Of a DNA stretch of 64,000 nt, positions 1-9,774 are shown one piece after another. The position numbers were made by a program, and so were the translations under genes. Every line of letters starts with the position of its first letter. The first letter of the stretch is position 1. The notes beneath the pieces are model-generated. The model made no database searches, was not told the origin of the DNA, and was given only the letters and a program-made list of their open reading frames with translations. The stretch spans positions 1,788-65,787 of the forward strand of contig JBJHBH010000002.1 in NCBI GenBank assembly GCA_050485365.1. The letters run 5' to 3'. Source of the stretch: Desulfuromonadales bacterium. GTDB taxonomy: Bacteria > Desulfobacterota > Desulfuromonadia > Desulfuromonadales > JACZKF01.

Positions 1-1
1 C

Positions 2-1024
2 ACCGCCGACGACATCATCTTCTTCAACGGCCTGGGCGACGCCATCCAGAAGGTCTACGGCTTTCTGCGCCGCGAGGCCCGCGTCATCGGCCCCTCGCCG
101 ACCTACTCGACCCACTCCTCGGCCGAGGCGGCCCACGCAGGGCAAAAACCCGTCTCGTACCGCCTCGACCCCGACAACAACTGGTACCCCGACCTGGACG
201 ACCTGCGCCTGTCGGTGAAGTACAATCCGGCCATCTCGGGCATCCTCATCATCAATCCGGACAACCCCACCGGCGCCGTCTACCCCGAGCGGATCCTGAC
301 GGAAATGATCGCCATCGCCAAGGAGTACGACCTCTTCATCATCAGCGACGAGATCTACCACAACATTGTCTACAACGGGCAATCGACCAAGCCGATCTCG
401 GACCTGATCGGCGACGTGCCGGCCATCGCCATGAAGGGGATCAGCAAGGAGGCCCCCTGGCCCGGCGCGCGCTGCGGGTGGATCGAGGTCTACAACGCCG
501 ACAAGGATCCGATGTTCAAGCAGTACGTGGCGAGCATCCTCAACTCCAAGATGGTCGAGGTCTGCTCCACCACGCTGCCGCAAAAGGCGATCCCCCCCAT
601 CATGAGCCACCCCCAGTACCCGATCTATCTGGAGGAGCGCAAGGCGCGCTACGAGAAGTTCTCGAACATCGCCTACGAGATCCTCAAGGAGGTCCCCGGC
701 ATCAAGGTCAACCGCACCAACGGCGCCTTCTACATGTCGATCGTCTTCGAGAAGGGGAAGCTTACGGCGACCCAGACCCTGCCGGTCGAGATCCCCGAGG
801 TCCGCTCCCTGGTCGAGGGGCTGGTGAGTGATCCGGCGATGTCCCTCGACAAGCGCTTCGTCTACTATCTGCTCGCCTCGACGGGGATCTGCGTCGTCCC
901 CATCTCGTCGTTCTGCACCCCGGAGCTCGGCTTCCGCATCACCCTTCTGGAGCGCAACGAAGAGGAATTCACGAAGATCTTCCGCAACATTGCGGAGAGC
1001 ATCACGCGCTATCTCAACTCCTGA
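2..1024 (+). CDS. Class I/II PLP-dependent aminotransferase (alanine/aspartate aminotransferase-like), 5' end cut by window edge
   Basis: Frame is open from base 2; the 'M' at 215 in the ORF track is an internal GTG (Val). Motifs 'NPDNPTG', 'SDEIY' and PLP-lysine context 'GISKEAPWPGARCG'. An intrinsic terminator follows. Confidence 0.85.
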   Translation, partial: TADDIIFFNGLGDAIQKVYGFLRREARVIGPSPTYSTHSSAEAAHAGQKPVSYRLDPDNNWYPDLDDLRLSVKYNPAISGILIINPDNPTGAVYPERILTEMIAIAKEYDLFIISDEIYHNIVYNGQSTKPISDLIGDVPAIAMKGISKEAPWPGARCGWIEVYNADKDPMFKQYVASILNSKMVEVCSTTLPQKAIPPIMSHPQYPIYLEERKARYEKFSNIAYEILKEVPGIKVNRTNGAFYMSIVFEKGKLTATQTLPVEIPEVRSLVEGLVSDPAMSLDKRFVYYLLASTGICVVPISSFCTPELGFRITLLERNEEEFTKIFRNIAESITRYLNS

Positions 1025-1029
1025 CGCGA

Positions 1030-1056
1030 AAAGCCGGCCTCCGGGCCGGCTTTTTT
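1030..1056 (+). terminator. Rho-independent terminator after the aminotransferase
   Basis: Stem 'agccggcc'/'ggccggct', loop 'tccg', then a T6 run. Confidence 0.8.
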
Positions 1057-1256
1057 CGTTCGATTCAGCTTCAGCAATCTGAATCGAACGCGGATAAAAT
1101 CTGATGCGCGCGGATCAAAATCTGATCTCAAGACCCTAGACCCTGAAATCGAATTTTTTATCAGAGCCTTTTCCGCGAAAAGCGCGATCCATTTCCCTCC
1201 CTCGATTGAGGGACGGAAGTCATGTGTAATGTAAACTTTCATGCTATTCTTTTGCG

Positions 1257-2618
1257 ATGACGACTCTGATCAAACCACATCTTGAAACCCCCGTCGCCTC
1301 CTACGACGATCTCATCGCCTATCTGCGTCGGGGCGCCCGCCCCGAGCCCGAGTGGGGGATCGGCACCGAAATGGAGAAGCTCGTCGTCGACGCCGACAGC
1401 GGCGAGGCGGCCGGGTTCGACCGCATCGAGGCGCTGCTGCAGCGTCTCGAAGGGTCGGGCGCCCTGCGGGGGGTGCGCGAATCCGGCAGGCTCATCGCCC
1501 TGTACGGCGAAAAGTCGTCTGTGACTCTCGAGCCCGGAGGGCAGCTCGAGCTCTCCGGGGCGCTGTGCCGCGACGTGCACTGCTCGCACAGAGACCTCTC
1601 GCGACACATCGCCCAAGTGGTGACCGAGGGCGCCCCCCTGGGTCTACGATTCCTAGGCCTCGGGGTGCACCCCTTCACTCCCCTGGACGCGGTGGCGTGG
1701 ATCCCCAAGTCGCGCTACGGCATCATGGGGCCGTACATGACGCGAACCGGCGACATGGGGCAGCGGATGATGAAGCTCACCGCCGGGCTGCAGGTCAATC
1801 TCGATTTCTCGGACGAGGCCGACTGCATCGACAAGATGCGCCTGTGCCTCCTTCTCTCTCCGCTTCTGTACGCCCTCTTCGCCAATTCACCCCTCATGGA
1901 AGGGGCCCCCACCGGCTTTCTCTCAACCCGGGGTGAGATCTGGCGCCGCACCGATCCGGACCGCACGGGTCTTCTGCCGCAGCTCTTCGCCCCCGACGCC
2001 GGCTTCGCCACCTACGTCGACTACGCCCTCGACGTGCCGATGTATTTCGTCGTGCGCGAGGGGCGCTTTGTCGACTTCACCCGCGAGCCCGTCCCCTTCC
2101 GCCGCTACCTCGCCCAGGGGTACGCCGGAGCCCGCGCGACACTGGGGGACTGGGACCTTCACCTCTCGACCCTCTTTCCCGAGGTGCGCCTGCGGCCCCA
2201 GATCGAGGCGCGCTGCGTCGACAGCCTTCCGCCGCACCTCACCCTCTCGGTGACGGCGCTCCTCAAGGGGCTGCTCTATGACGGGGATTCGCGAAAGGCG
2301 CTGCGACAACTCCTGGGAGGCGTCGATCCGGCCGCCCTCGAGGAGGCCTATCGGCTCTCGTGGCGCCTCGGGCTGAAGACCCCGTTCGGGGGGCGCACCT
2401 TGCGCGAGGTCGCCGTCGAGGCGCTCGCCCTCGCCCGCTCCGGCCTCGTCCGCCAGGGGAAAAAGGACGAGAGGGGCCTCGACGAGACGATCTACCTCGA
2501 CGGCATCGCCGAAATCGCCCAAAGCGGCGTCACCCTCGCCGAGCGCCTTCTGGCGCGCTGGAAGGGGTCGGGAGACGAGAAGCTCGCCGCCCTCATCGAT
2601 CACTGCGGCTACCGCTAA
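1257..2618 (+). CDS. gshA: Glutamate--cysteine ligase, plant/proteobacterial GCS2 type
   Basis: 453 aa. Blocks 'VTLEPGGQLELSG', 'KLTAGLQVNLDF', 'RGEIWRRTDPDRTG' and 'LSTLFPEVRLRPQIEARCVDS' match the plant-type gamma-ECL family pattern as I remember it. Confidence 0.75.
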   Translation: MTTLIKPHLETPVASYDDLIAYLRRGARPEPEWGIGTEMEKLVVDADSGEAAGFDRIEALLQRLEGSGALRGVRESGRLIALYGEKSSVTLEPGGQLELSGALCRDVHCSHRDLSRHIAQVVTEGAPLGLRFLGLGVHPFTPLDAVAWIPKSRYGIMGPYMTRTGDMGQRMMKLTAGLQVNLDFSDEADCIDKMRLCLLLSPLLYALFANSPLMEGAPTGFLSTRGEIWRRTDPDRTGLLPQLFAPDAGFATYVDYALDVPMYFVVREGRFVDFTREPVPFRRYLAQGYAGARATLGDWDLHLSTLFPEVRLRPQIEARCVDSLPPHLTLSVTALLKGLLYDGDSRKALRQLLGGVDPAALEEAYRLSWRLGLKTPFGGRTLREVAVEALALARSGLVRQGKKDERGLDETIYLDGIAEIAQSGVTLAERLLARWKGSGDEKLAALIDHCGYR

Positions 2619-2657
2619 AAATTCACGGCGCCAACTTCCGTCCTCCGTCTCCTGCCT

Positions 2658-3095
2658 TCAGACCGTATCGTGCGACCGCAAAAAGGTGATGTAGTCGGCG
2701 GAGAGCCGGTGCGCCTCGGCCCCCCGAACGATCTTCTCCAGGTAGTCGCGCCGCGGCTTCAGGCCGCTGCGGTACTTGGCCGCGCGATAGGTGACGCAGT
2801 CGAGCTCTCCCTTGGAGGTCTGCACCACGACCGGCGCCCTTCTGTAGTGCCCCTTGTCGACCTCCTCGTAGACGTCGAGATTGTCCAGACTCGTCTCCGG
2901 AACGTCCCAGACAACCCCCTCCACGGCATTCCCCCGATCATCCTGCAGATCGGCCATCCCGCTTCCGTCCTGCGCCGGCTTGTGAAACGCCAGGCGGAAA
3001 TTGCGCACCTTCCCTGTGGCCACCTTCTCGAACTCAACGTTGCGCGACCCGAGATTCTCGATGTCCATGTTGTCGGCATAGGCGAAATAGAGCAT
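2658..3095 (-). CDS. Gamma-glutamylcyclotransferase-like protein (AIG2/GGCT fold)
   Basis: Start moved to ATG 3095 ([10 protein letters not shown]...), preceded by 'aggagg'. The N-terminal 'YFAY..NM' motif and about 145 aa size are typical of the GGCT/AIG2 family. The 38 upstream codons of the ORF lack an RBS. Confidence 0.7.
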   Translation of the reverse strand: MLYFAYADNMDIENLGSRNVEFEKVATGKVRNFRLAFHKPAQDGSGMADLQDDRGNAVEGVVWDVPETSLDNLDVYEEVDKGHYRRAPVVVQTSKGELDCVTYRAAKYRSGLKPRRDYLEKIVRGAEAHRLSADYITFLRSHDTV

Positions 3096-3304
3096 GGGGC
3101 CTCCTTTCCTGCGACTCTCGATCTGCCTGTTCTTCCCTGCCTTCCATTGTAGCGCGCTTCGGGGCGCTGTCCCCGCCGCCCTTGAAAACCGTGTCGCGAC
3201 CTGCTTCAATTAATACAGATATTTACGAGGGCCAAAACCGTTGTAATCGTTCACAGCCGGCCACCGAAAAGCGAAGAACCCCGCACCAGAAAGGAGATCC
3301 CGCC

Positions 3305-5299
3305 ATGGAGCCTCTCAACGAGGACCTCGCCCGCCGATCGATCGACACCATCCGCCTGCTGGCGGCCGACGCGGTGGAGAAGGCCGCCTCCGGTCATCCC
3401 GGCACCCCGATGGAAGCCGCGCCCGTCGGCTATCTCCTCTTCACCCGCCACCTTCGCCACAACCCGGCCAACCCCGGCTGGCCCGGGCGGGACCGTTTCA
3501 TCCTGTCGTGCGGGCACGCCTCGATGCTGCTGTACAGCCTGCTGCACCTGACCGGGTACGATCTGCCGATGGAGGAGCTCGAAAACTTCCGGCAGCTCGG
3601 CAGCCGCACCCCCGGACACCCCGAATACGGCGATACGCCGGGGGTCGAGACGACCACGGGTCCTCTGGGGCAGGGATTCTCCGTCGCCGTGGGGATGGCG
3701 ATGGGGGCGCGCTATCTCTCGGAGCATATCGACACAGAGCTCTTCGACTACCGCATCTACGCCCTGTGCTCCGACGGCGACCTCATGGAAGGGGTCGCCT
3801 CCGAGGCGGCCTCGCTCGCCGGACACCTTCGCCTCGGCAACCTGATCGCCGTCTATCTCGACAACCTCATCACCATCGAGGGAGAGACGCGCCTCGCCTT
3901 CAGCGAGGAGGTCGCGACGCGCTTTCTCGCCTACGGCTGGCACGTCGAGCGGGTCGAGGGGGACAACCTGCTCGACATCGAACCAGCGCTGGAGCGGGCC
4001 AAGCGAGACCCCCGCCCTTCTCTCCTCATCGCCCGCACCCACATCGCCGAAGGGTCTCCGAACAAACGCGGACTCGCCGAGACCCACGGCGCGCCGCTGG
4101 GAGCCGAAGAGATCCGCGCCATCAAAGAGCTCCTCGGCCGCGACCCCGACCGCAATTTCGTCGTCCCCGACGAGGTGCGCGACCACATGCGCGAGGCCCT
4201 CGGGCGTGGAAAATCTATGGAGAACGCCTGGCGCGAGCGCTTCGAGACGGTGCGCTCCGCGCCGACCTCCCCCTTGGTGCCGTGGCTTCAGATGACCGAG
4301 GGACTTCCGGACGGCTGGAGCGCCAACCTCCCCGCCTTTTCCCCCGAGGACGGCCCGCTGCCGACCCGCAAAGCGAGCGGCATCGTCCTCAACGCCCTCG
4401 CCGCCCGCCTCCCCCTGCTGATGGGGGGCTCGGCCGATCTCGCTCCGTCGGTGAACACCGAGCTGAAGGGAGAAGCGTCCTTCGAGCCGTATCGCAGCGG
4501 GCGCACCATCCACTTCGGGGTGCGCGAGCATGCCATGGGAGCCGCCCTGAACGGACTGGCCCACACCCCAGGCGTCATCCCCTTCGGAGGCACCTTCCTC
4601 ATCTTCTCCGACTACATGCGCCCCGCCATCCGCCTCGCCGCCCTGATGGGGATCGCGCCGATCTACGTCTTCACCCACGACTCCATCGCTCTCGGCGAAG
4701 ACGGCCCTACGCACCAGCCCGTCGAACACCTGGCGTCGCTGCGGGCGATTCCGAACCTCACCGTCATCCGCCCCTGCGACGCCAACGAGACGGCCGAGGC
4801 GTGGCGCCTGGCCGTCGAGAACCGCCGCGGCCCCACCGCCATCGTCCTTTCGCGCCAGAATCTCCCCGTGCTCGACCGTGCACGCTTCGCTGCCGCCGAC
4901 GGGGTGCGACGAGGAGGGTACGTCCTCGCCCCCGAAGAAGGTGAGCTGCGCGCCGTCCTCATCGCCACGGGCGCCGAAATCCACCCCGCTCTGGCCGCCC
5001 GAGAGGCGCTGCAACGTCAGGGCATCGGCACACGGGTCGTCTCCCTGCCGAGCTGGGAGATCTTCGACGCCCAGCCCGAGGGTTACCGCCGCGACGTCAT
5101 CCCCCCCGACTGCAGCGCCCGCGTCGCCGTCGAGGCCGCGTCCCCCATGGGGTGGGAACGCTACACAGGCGAGCGCGGCGCCGTCATCGCACTGGAGAGC
5201 TTCGGCGCGAGCGCGCCGGGCGGGACGCTCCTTCGGCACTTCGGATTCACACCAGAGAGGATCGTCTCCACAGTGCTGACACTGCTTGACGATCAATAG
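3305..5299 (+). CDS. tkt: Transketolase
   Basis: Start at ATG 3305 after 'aaaggaga'. '[12 protein letters not shown]', '[16 protein letters not shown]', 'GPLGQG', 'SDGDLMEG' and '[20 protein letters not shown]' are classic transketolase motifs. Confidence 0.95.
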   Translation: MEPLNEDLARRSIDTIRLLAADAVEKAASGHPGTPMEAAPVGYLLFTRHLRHNPANPGWPGRDRFILSCGHASMLLYSLLHLTGYDLPMEELENFRQLGSRTPGHPEYGDTPGVETTTGPLGQGFSVAVGMAMGARYLSEHIDTELFDYRIYALCSDGDLMEGVASEAASLAGHLRLGNLIAVYLDNLITIEGETRLAFSEEVATRFLAYGWHVERVEGDNLLDIEPALERAKRDPRPSLLIARTHIAEGSPNKRGLAETHGAPLGAEEIRAIKELLGRDPDRNFVVPDEVRDHMREALGRGKSMENAWRERFETVRSAPTSPLVPWLQMTEGLPDGWSANLPAFSPEDGPLPTRKASGIVLNALAARLPLLMGGSADLAPSVNTELKGEASFEPYRSGRTIHFGVREHAMGAALNGLAHTPGVIPFGGTFLIFSDYMRPAIRLAALMGIAPIYVFTHDSIALGEDGPTHQPVEHLASLRAIPNLTVIRPCDANETAEAWRLAVENRRGPTAIVLSRQNLPVLDRARFAAADGVRRGGYVLAPEEGELRAVLIATGAEIHPALAAREALQRQGIGTRVVSLPSWEIFDAQPEGYRRDVIPPDCSARVAVEAASPMGWERYTGERGAVIALESFGASAPGGTLLRHFGFTPERIVSTVLTLLDDQ

Positions 5300-5304
5300 G
5301 AAAG

Positions 5305-5329
5305 GCGGAAGAGCGGTTCACTCTTCCGC
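5305..5329 (+). terminator. Hairpin downstream of tkt (possible terminator, no U-tract)
   Basis: Perfect 9-bp stem 'gcggaagag'/'ctcttccgc' with a 7-nt loop, 6 nt after the tkt stop. No T run follows. Confidence 0.4.
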
Positions 5330-5343
5330 ACAGAACCCCCCAT

Positions 5344-5371
5344 TTGACATGATACGTTTTCGCTATAGATT
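5344..5371 (+). promoter_or_regulatory. Candidate sigma-70 promoter for the PRC-barrel gene
   Basis: 'TTGACA' at 5344-5349, 16-nt spacer, 'TAGATT' at 5366-5371; about 80 nt upstream of ATG 5451. Confidence 0.35.
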
Positions 5372-5450
5372 TGGTAGTAGATCAATGCCGTTTCGCAGAT
5401 AAGCATTCGATTTATCGCGCAAACCTAAACGAAAAAAGAGTGAGGTCACG

Positions 5451-5957
5451 ATGAAAAGGATAAGCATATTCGTCGCTCTGTTCTTCGTCCTCGGCCTGAT
5501 GACGGCGGGGATGAGCGTGGCGGCTGGTGAGTACCGCAGCGCACAACAGGCGGGTCAGTTCGACGGCATGGAAGATATCAGCACCTTCTCGCTGCAGGAT
5601 CGGCACGGACAGAGCCTGGGCGAGATCGAGATGGTCCTGATCGACGTCGAGCGGGGTCAGGTCGGGTACATCGTCGCCGAATCCGCAGCCGGTGAAACCC
5701 ATGTCATTCCCTGGCAGGCCCTCAGCATCGATCCGCAGGATCAGACCGTAACTCTGGGGATGGACGCCGCCCAGTTCCGTCAGGCGCCCACCGGAGACGC
5801 GCAGATGGTCCAAGATCCTGCACAGGCCGAGCGGCTCCATGAATTCTACGGCGTCGGCCCCTACTGGGAAGAAGACGAGGCCCGTCTGCTCTCACCGGAA
5901 CCCCGCCCCGCCACCCCGAGACACAGGGAAGTTCCTCCGGTTCGATCAATCAACTGA
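5451..5957 (+). CDS. Secreted PRC-barrel domain protein
   Basis: Signal peptide 'MKRISIFVALFFVLGLMTAGMSVAAG'. PRC-barrel-like core 'LQDRHGQSLGEIEMVLIDVERGQVGYIVAES..THVIPWQALS'. RBS 'gagg'. Confidence 0.6.
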   Translation: MKRISIFVALFFVLGLMTAGMSVAAGEYRSAQQAGQFDGMEDISTFSLQDRHGQSLGEIEMVLIDVERGQVGYIVAESAAGETHVIPWQALSIDPQDQTVTLGMDAAQFRQAPTGDAQMVQDPAQAERLHEFYGVGPYWEEDEARLLSPEPRPATPRHREVPPVRSIN

Positions 5958-6015
5958 CTGTCCTCTGATGATAATGAGGCTGTGCCCCATCAGAGCTAGC
6001 CCCATTTGAAGCATT

Positions 6016-6050
6016 AAAAAAGCCGGACCCCGAAGGGTCCGGCTGATTTC
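6016..6050 (-). terminator. Rho-independent terminator for the porin gene (hairpin shared with the convergent PRC-barrel gene)
   Basis: 10-bp stem 'agccggaccc'/'gggtccggct', loop 'cgaa'. The A6 run on the + strand gives a U-tract on the minus transcript. Confidence 0.8.
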
Positions 6051-6070
6051 ATCACAAGATGAATCTGTAA

Positions 6071-7129
6071 TTAGAAGTCGATCTGCCACTTGGCGCCAGC
6101 GAAGTAGGCGTCGCGGCCGCCTCCGTGAAGACCCGCGACGACCCCAGCAGCGGCGCGGGGCGAGGTGTTGTAGTAGGCGAATTCAGGAACCACCGTGAAG
6201 CCCTTGGCAAGGCGAACGGGGTAGTTGACGAAAGCCATCCATTTGTCGCGGTCGCTGCTTTGACCCTCGGGCTTGTCATAGGCGTAAGCGCCGCCGACAT
6301 TGGCGCCGAAAGCGTTGACGGCAAGAGAGCCGCCTGCGTTAAAGACGTTCCTGCGGTTGGTAGGCTCGAAAATGGGAGCACCTTCGCCGCGGTTCAGGAG
6401 AAACGCACCGGCGTTCTGCCCCGCGTGGGCGGTTACGGCGACTTTAGCGACGCCAAGGTCGATGTTGCTGATGATGTAGGCCATCCCAGCGACGACATCG
6501 AAATCATTCCGCTCGTACCAGAGGCCGGTGACGCCCACGTTGTAGTCGAACCCGTCGACCTTGTTGGCGAAACCGACGACCAGTTGCGGCATGTAGACGT
6601 TGTTGTCATCACCGGAGGTGCTGATCGGGTCAGGCAGGTTCGCGGCAGTAGGGATGCCTGTAGGTGCATTCGGGTCCATACCAGCGAAGTAGAAGCCGTT
6701 GTCCATGGTGTAGCGAAGTTGGGCGCGGCGGCTGGAGTAGGGGACACCGTAGCCATACCCGCCTGCATCGTCGAGAACGACGCTGGGGAGGAGATAGTTG
6801 TAGGGGGTTTCGGCCTGCCCGACGAGGAGGGTGCCGGCGTCAAACTTGTAGGTACCGTAGAGGAGGCGCACATTGACGCCGGTACCGAATTCGACATGAC
6901 CGCCGAGGGGACCATCGGAGGCGCGCATCCCCAAACGGCTGTTCCCCTGAAGCCTGAAGCGCAGATCGGTGTCGTCCGTGCCGGGACCGCCGACGTTGAC
7001 ATTATCGGTGTGCTCATAGAAAGTGGCGAGACGGGCCGACCCGTAGAGGGTGACGTCCTTTGCGAAAGCCGGGGCGGCCATGGCGGCCATGGCGGCACAT
7101 GCAACAAAAATTTTGCCGAATTTGTTCAC
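6071..7129 (-). CDS. Outer-membrane porin (beta-barrel)
   Basis: GTG start 7129 with 'aggagg' 7 nt upstream. Signal peptide ending 'APAFA'. Alternating Gly/aromatic-rich beta-strand pattern. C-terminal 'WQIDF' with terminal Phe. Confidence 0.7.
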   Translation of the reverse strand: MNKFGKIFVACAAMAAMAAPAFAKDVTLYGSARLATFYEHTDNVNVGGPGTDDTDLRFRLQGNSRLGMRASDGPLGGHVEFGTGVNVRLLYGTYKFDAGTLLVGQAETPYNYLLPSVVLDDAGGYGYGVPYSSRRAQLRYTMDNGFYFAGMDPNAPTGIPTAANLPDPISTSGDDNNVYMPQLVVGFANKVDGFDYNVGVTGLWYERNDFDVVAGMAYIISNIDLGVAKVAVTAHAGQNAGAFLLNRGEGAPIFEPTNRRNVFNAGGSLAVNAFGANVGGAYAYDKPEGQSSDRDKWMAFVNYPVRLAKGFTVVPEFAYYNTSPRAAAGVVAGLHGGGRDAYFAGAKWQIDF

Positions 7130-7582
7130 TTTTTGCCTCCTGAATCAAAAATGTAGACGAATGGAAAACTACCTGGAACAGTTCGAGCCTGGTGGTGCTA
7201 GAAATCGAGTTCTCTTACAGCCGATCTTTTCCGACGGATCCACCTTTCCCCTCGTCGAGGTTTCGGGGCGCCGTACCAGAAACCCGGTCGGCCTTCTCTT
7301 TCCTTCACCTCCTTTCCCCTTATTGAATCGGTTCACCATTGCGTCGAAAAAGCGACGGACAGACAGATCATAAGAGTTCTTCAATTTCATTCAACAATGG
7401 TGCCAAGCCTTAGGTCTTTTGTTCTCATTGAATTACCGGAGAGCCTCTCCCGGCTGAATTCCTTCGAAAGTTGTCAATTCCCGCTTCTATACTCCATCTC
7501 TGAGGATCGGCAAAAGCGGCTGATTTCAATCCAAAGTGTGGAGCGGGCGACACATTTGTGTCGAAGCAACCACACCTGAAGA

Positions 7583-8086
7583 TCATTTCTTCTCGCTTTG
7601 CATTCCGAGAATCAGGCGTTTCAGGTCGTTTTCGGCGATGACGCTGCCGTCGCGTCGGATCTTGAAGTCCCGGTCAATGACGATCACCCTCGGGATGATA
7701 TAGACGTTGTACGCCCGGCCGGCTCGGCCGTTGTCGATGAGGATCGCGTGCGGCATGGTGAGCCCCTCTCTCTCATGATGCCGGCGCACCATTTCACGCG
7801 AATCCTGAAGGTAGACCGTGACGACGGCGACGTCGTGCTCTTCAAGGAAGGGCTCGCTCCTTCGAAGCTCCGCCATCTGCTGCAGGCAGGACTGGCACGT
7901 CGTCGTGGCGAGCTTTAAAACGATGATTCGCCCCTTGAAGTCCGAAAGACGAACCTCGTTCCCCTGAAGATCCGAGATCAGGAAATCCGGCGCGGTCGTG
8001 GCGTCGTCGAGAGCCGACGCCGCTGAAGCTGCAAAGAGAAAGAGCAAAAAGCCAAGAACGCCAAGCGGGAATAAACGTGGCTTCAC
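7583..8086 (-). CDS. Periplasmic thioredoxin-fold thiol:disulfide oxidoreductase (TlpA/redoxin-like)
   Basis: Signal peptide, then 'DFKGRIIVLKLATTTCQSCLQQM' (CxxC in redoxin context); 167 aa. Confidence 0.7.
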   Translation of the reverse strand: MKPRLFPLGVLGFLLFLFAASAASALDDATTAPDFLISDLQGNEVRLSDFKGRIIVLKLATTTCQSCLQQMAELRRSEPFLEEHDVAVVTVYLQDSREMVRRHHEREGLTMPHAILIDNGRAGRAYNVYIIPRVIVIDRDFKIRRDGSVIAENDLKRLILGMQSEKK

Positions 8087-8154
8087 GAGAGGTTCCGATC
8101 GTTTTGCGATGCCGAGATCATGGCCTGAGCCCCGCCTCTCATGAAGCTTTACAC

Positions 8155-8198
8155 GGTGTTCTAAAATCGGTTTCCTAACCTAATTATTTTAGAACACC
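8155..8198. promoter_or_regulatory. 13-bp perfect inverted repeat (candidate operator or structured element) upstream of the redoxin gene
   Basis: 'ggtgttctaaaat' (8155-8167) and 'attttagaacacc' (8186-8198), 18-nt spacer, in an AT-rich 264-nt intergenic region. Confidence 0.5.
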
Positions 8199-8350
8199 CT
8201 GTCAAGGCTTAAAGTAATACCACCCCTTAATGATGTCAATATTTTTCGACAAAAGGCACGAAAAAGGGGCTTATTCGGATGAATGGTACAACATGGCGAA
8301 ACAGTTTAGCTTTATGGGACCATTTGTCCACCTCGCGCACGAAAAAAGTT

Positions 8351-8758
8351 CTAGTGTCCGCCACCCCGACAGAGCTCCGTGAGGACCCCCCCCGTGGACT
8401 TGGGGTGCAGAAAGGCGATGCTCGTCCCGTGCGCTCCTTTGCGGGGGACTTCATCGATGAGGCGCACTCCTTCGGCCTTCATGGCGGCCAGGGCCTGTTC
8501 CAGGTCGTCGACTTCGTAAGCGAGATGGTGCACTCCCTCGCCGTTCTTCTCCAGGAATTTTGCCACCGGGGAGTCGGCAGAGGTCGGTTCGAGGAGCTCG
8601 ATGCGGCTCTCGCCGATGACGAAGAAGGCGACGCGGACCTTCTGCTCGGCGACTTCCTCGGTCCCTTCGAAGGTCATGCCGAGAGCGTCGCGGTAGAAAG
8701 GAACCGACGCGTCGATGCTTTTGACGGCGATGCCGATGTGGTTGATTTTTTTGAGCAT
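8351..8758 (-). CDS. mce: Methylmalonyl-CoA epimerase (VOC/glyoxalase fold)
   Basis: 'INHIGIAVKSID', 'IELLEP', 'GEGVHHLAY.VDD'; 135 aa; last gene of the mutase-MeaB cluster. Confidence 0.85.
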   Translation of the reverse strand: MLKKINHIGIAVKSIDASVPFYRDALGMTFEGTEEVAEQKVRVAFFVIGESRIELLEPTSADSPVAKFLEKNGEGVHHLAYEVDDLEQALAAMKAEGVRLIDEVPRKGAHGTSIAFLHPKSTGGVLTELCRGGGH

Positions 8759-8801
8759 GTTAAATCCTTCTTGAAAATGGAGGGCAGGGGATTTCCCTGA
8801 C

Positions 8802-9770
8802 CTACGCCCTGAACACTTCGAGGAGCCTTCGGGAGGCGGCCGAGGGAGTCGTCGTGCCGTCGGCGACGGCCTGCCGGATCTGTGGAAAAATCTCGCCGAC
8901 CCCCGGGTGGTGCAGGAAGAGATCCTTGAGGTCGTCCATCACGAGCCCCCACATCCACTCCACGGCCTGCTTGCGGCGGCGCTGGTCGAATTCGCCGCTC
9001 TCGCGCATGGCGCCGCGAAAGCGCTCCAACATCCCCCAGACCTCGTCCATCCCCTGCTTTTTCAGGGCGCTGGTGGTCAGCACCGGGACCTGCCACTGGG
9101 TGCTGCGGGGGCGCAGGATGTGCAGAGCGTTGAGGTATTGGCTTTTGGCAAGCTCGGTCTTGTGGGCGTCGATGTCGGCCTTGTTGATGACGATGGCGTC
9201 GGCGAGCTCCATCACCCCCTTCTTGATCCCCTGCAGCTCGTCGCCGGCGGTGGCGAGCTGCAGCAGCAGGAAGAAGTCGACCATGGAGGCGACGGTCGTC
9301 TCGGACTGCCCCACCCCGACGGTCTCGACGATGACGACGTCGTAGCCGGCCGCCTCGCACAGCAGCATCGTCTCGCGGGTGCGCCGGGCGACGCCGCCGA
9401 GGGTGGCCCCGGCGGGGGAGGGGCGGATGAAGGCGTTGGGGTCGCGGCACAGCTCTTCCATGCGCGTCTTGTCGCCGAGGATGCTTCCGCCGGTGATCTG
9501 CGAGGAGGGGTCGACGGCCAGGACGGCGACCTTGTGCCCGGCGGCGGTGAGGTGCGTGCCGAAGGACTCGATGAAGGTGCTTTTGCCGACCCCGGGGACG
9601 CCGGTGATGCCGATGCGCAGGGAGTTGCCGGTATGCGGCAGGAGGCGGTCGAGAAGATCCGCCGCCCGCCGCATGTCCTGGGGCCTGTTGCTCTCGATGA
9701 GGGTGATCCCCTTGCCGATGGCCCGGATGTTCCCCTGCAGAATCCTGTCGTAGAGCTCGTCAGGGTTCAT
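8802..9770 (-). CDS. meaB: Methylmalonyl-CoA mutase-associated G-protein chaperone (MeaB/ArgK)
   Basis: P-loop 'GVPGVGKST', 'VETVGVGQSE', 'INKAD'; located directly downstream of the mutase. Confidence 0.9.
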   Translation of the reverse strand: MNPDELYDRILQGNIRAIGKGITLIESNRPQDMRRAADLLDRLLPHTGNSLRIGITGVPGVGKSTFIESFGTHLTAAGHKVAVLAVDPSSQITGGSILGDKTRMEELCRDPNAFIRPSPAGATLGGVARRTRETMLLCEAAGYDVVIVETVGVGQSETTVASMVDFFLLLQLATAGDELQGIKKGVMELADAIVINKADIDAHKTELAKSQYLNALHILRPRSTQWQVPVLTTSALKKQGMDEVWGMLERFRGAMRESGEFDQRRRKQAVEWMWGLVMDDLKDLFLHHPGVGEIFPQIRQAVADGTTTPSAASRRLLEVFRA

Positions 9771-9774
9771 CTTT

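Noticed and set aside
3251-5296. 681-aa ORF antisense to transketolase
   Set aside because: Shadow ORF typical of high-G+C DNA. Its translation is Arg/Gly/Ala-rich low complexity with no motifs, while the + strand encodes an unmistakable transketolase.
7390-7406. Sigma-54-like 'TTGGCACCATTGTTGAA' upstream of the porin
   Set aside because: The -24 element is perfect, but the -12 element is TTGA and lacks the near-invariant GC. It lies about 270 nt from the start codon. Kept only as a remote possibility.
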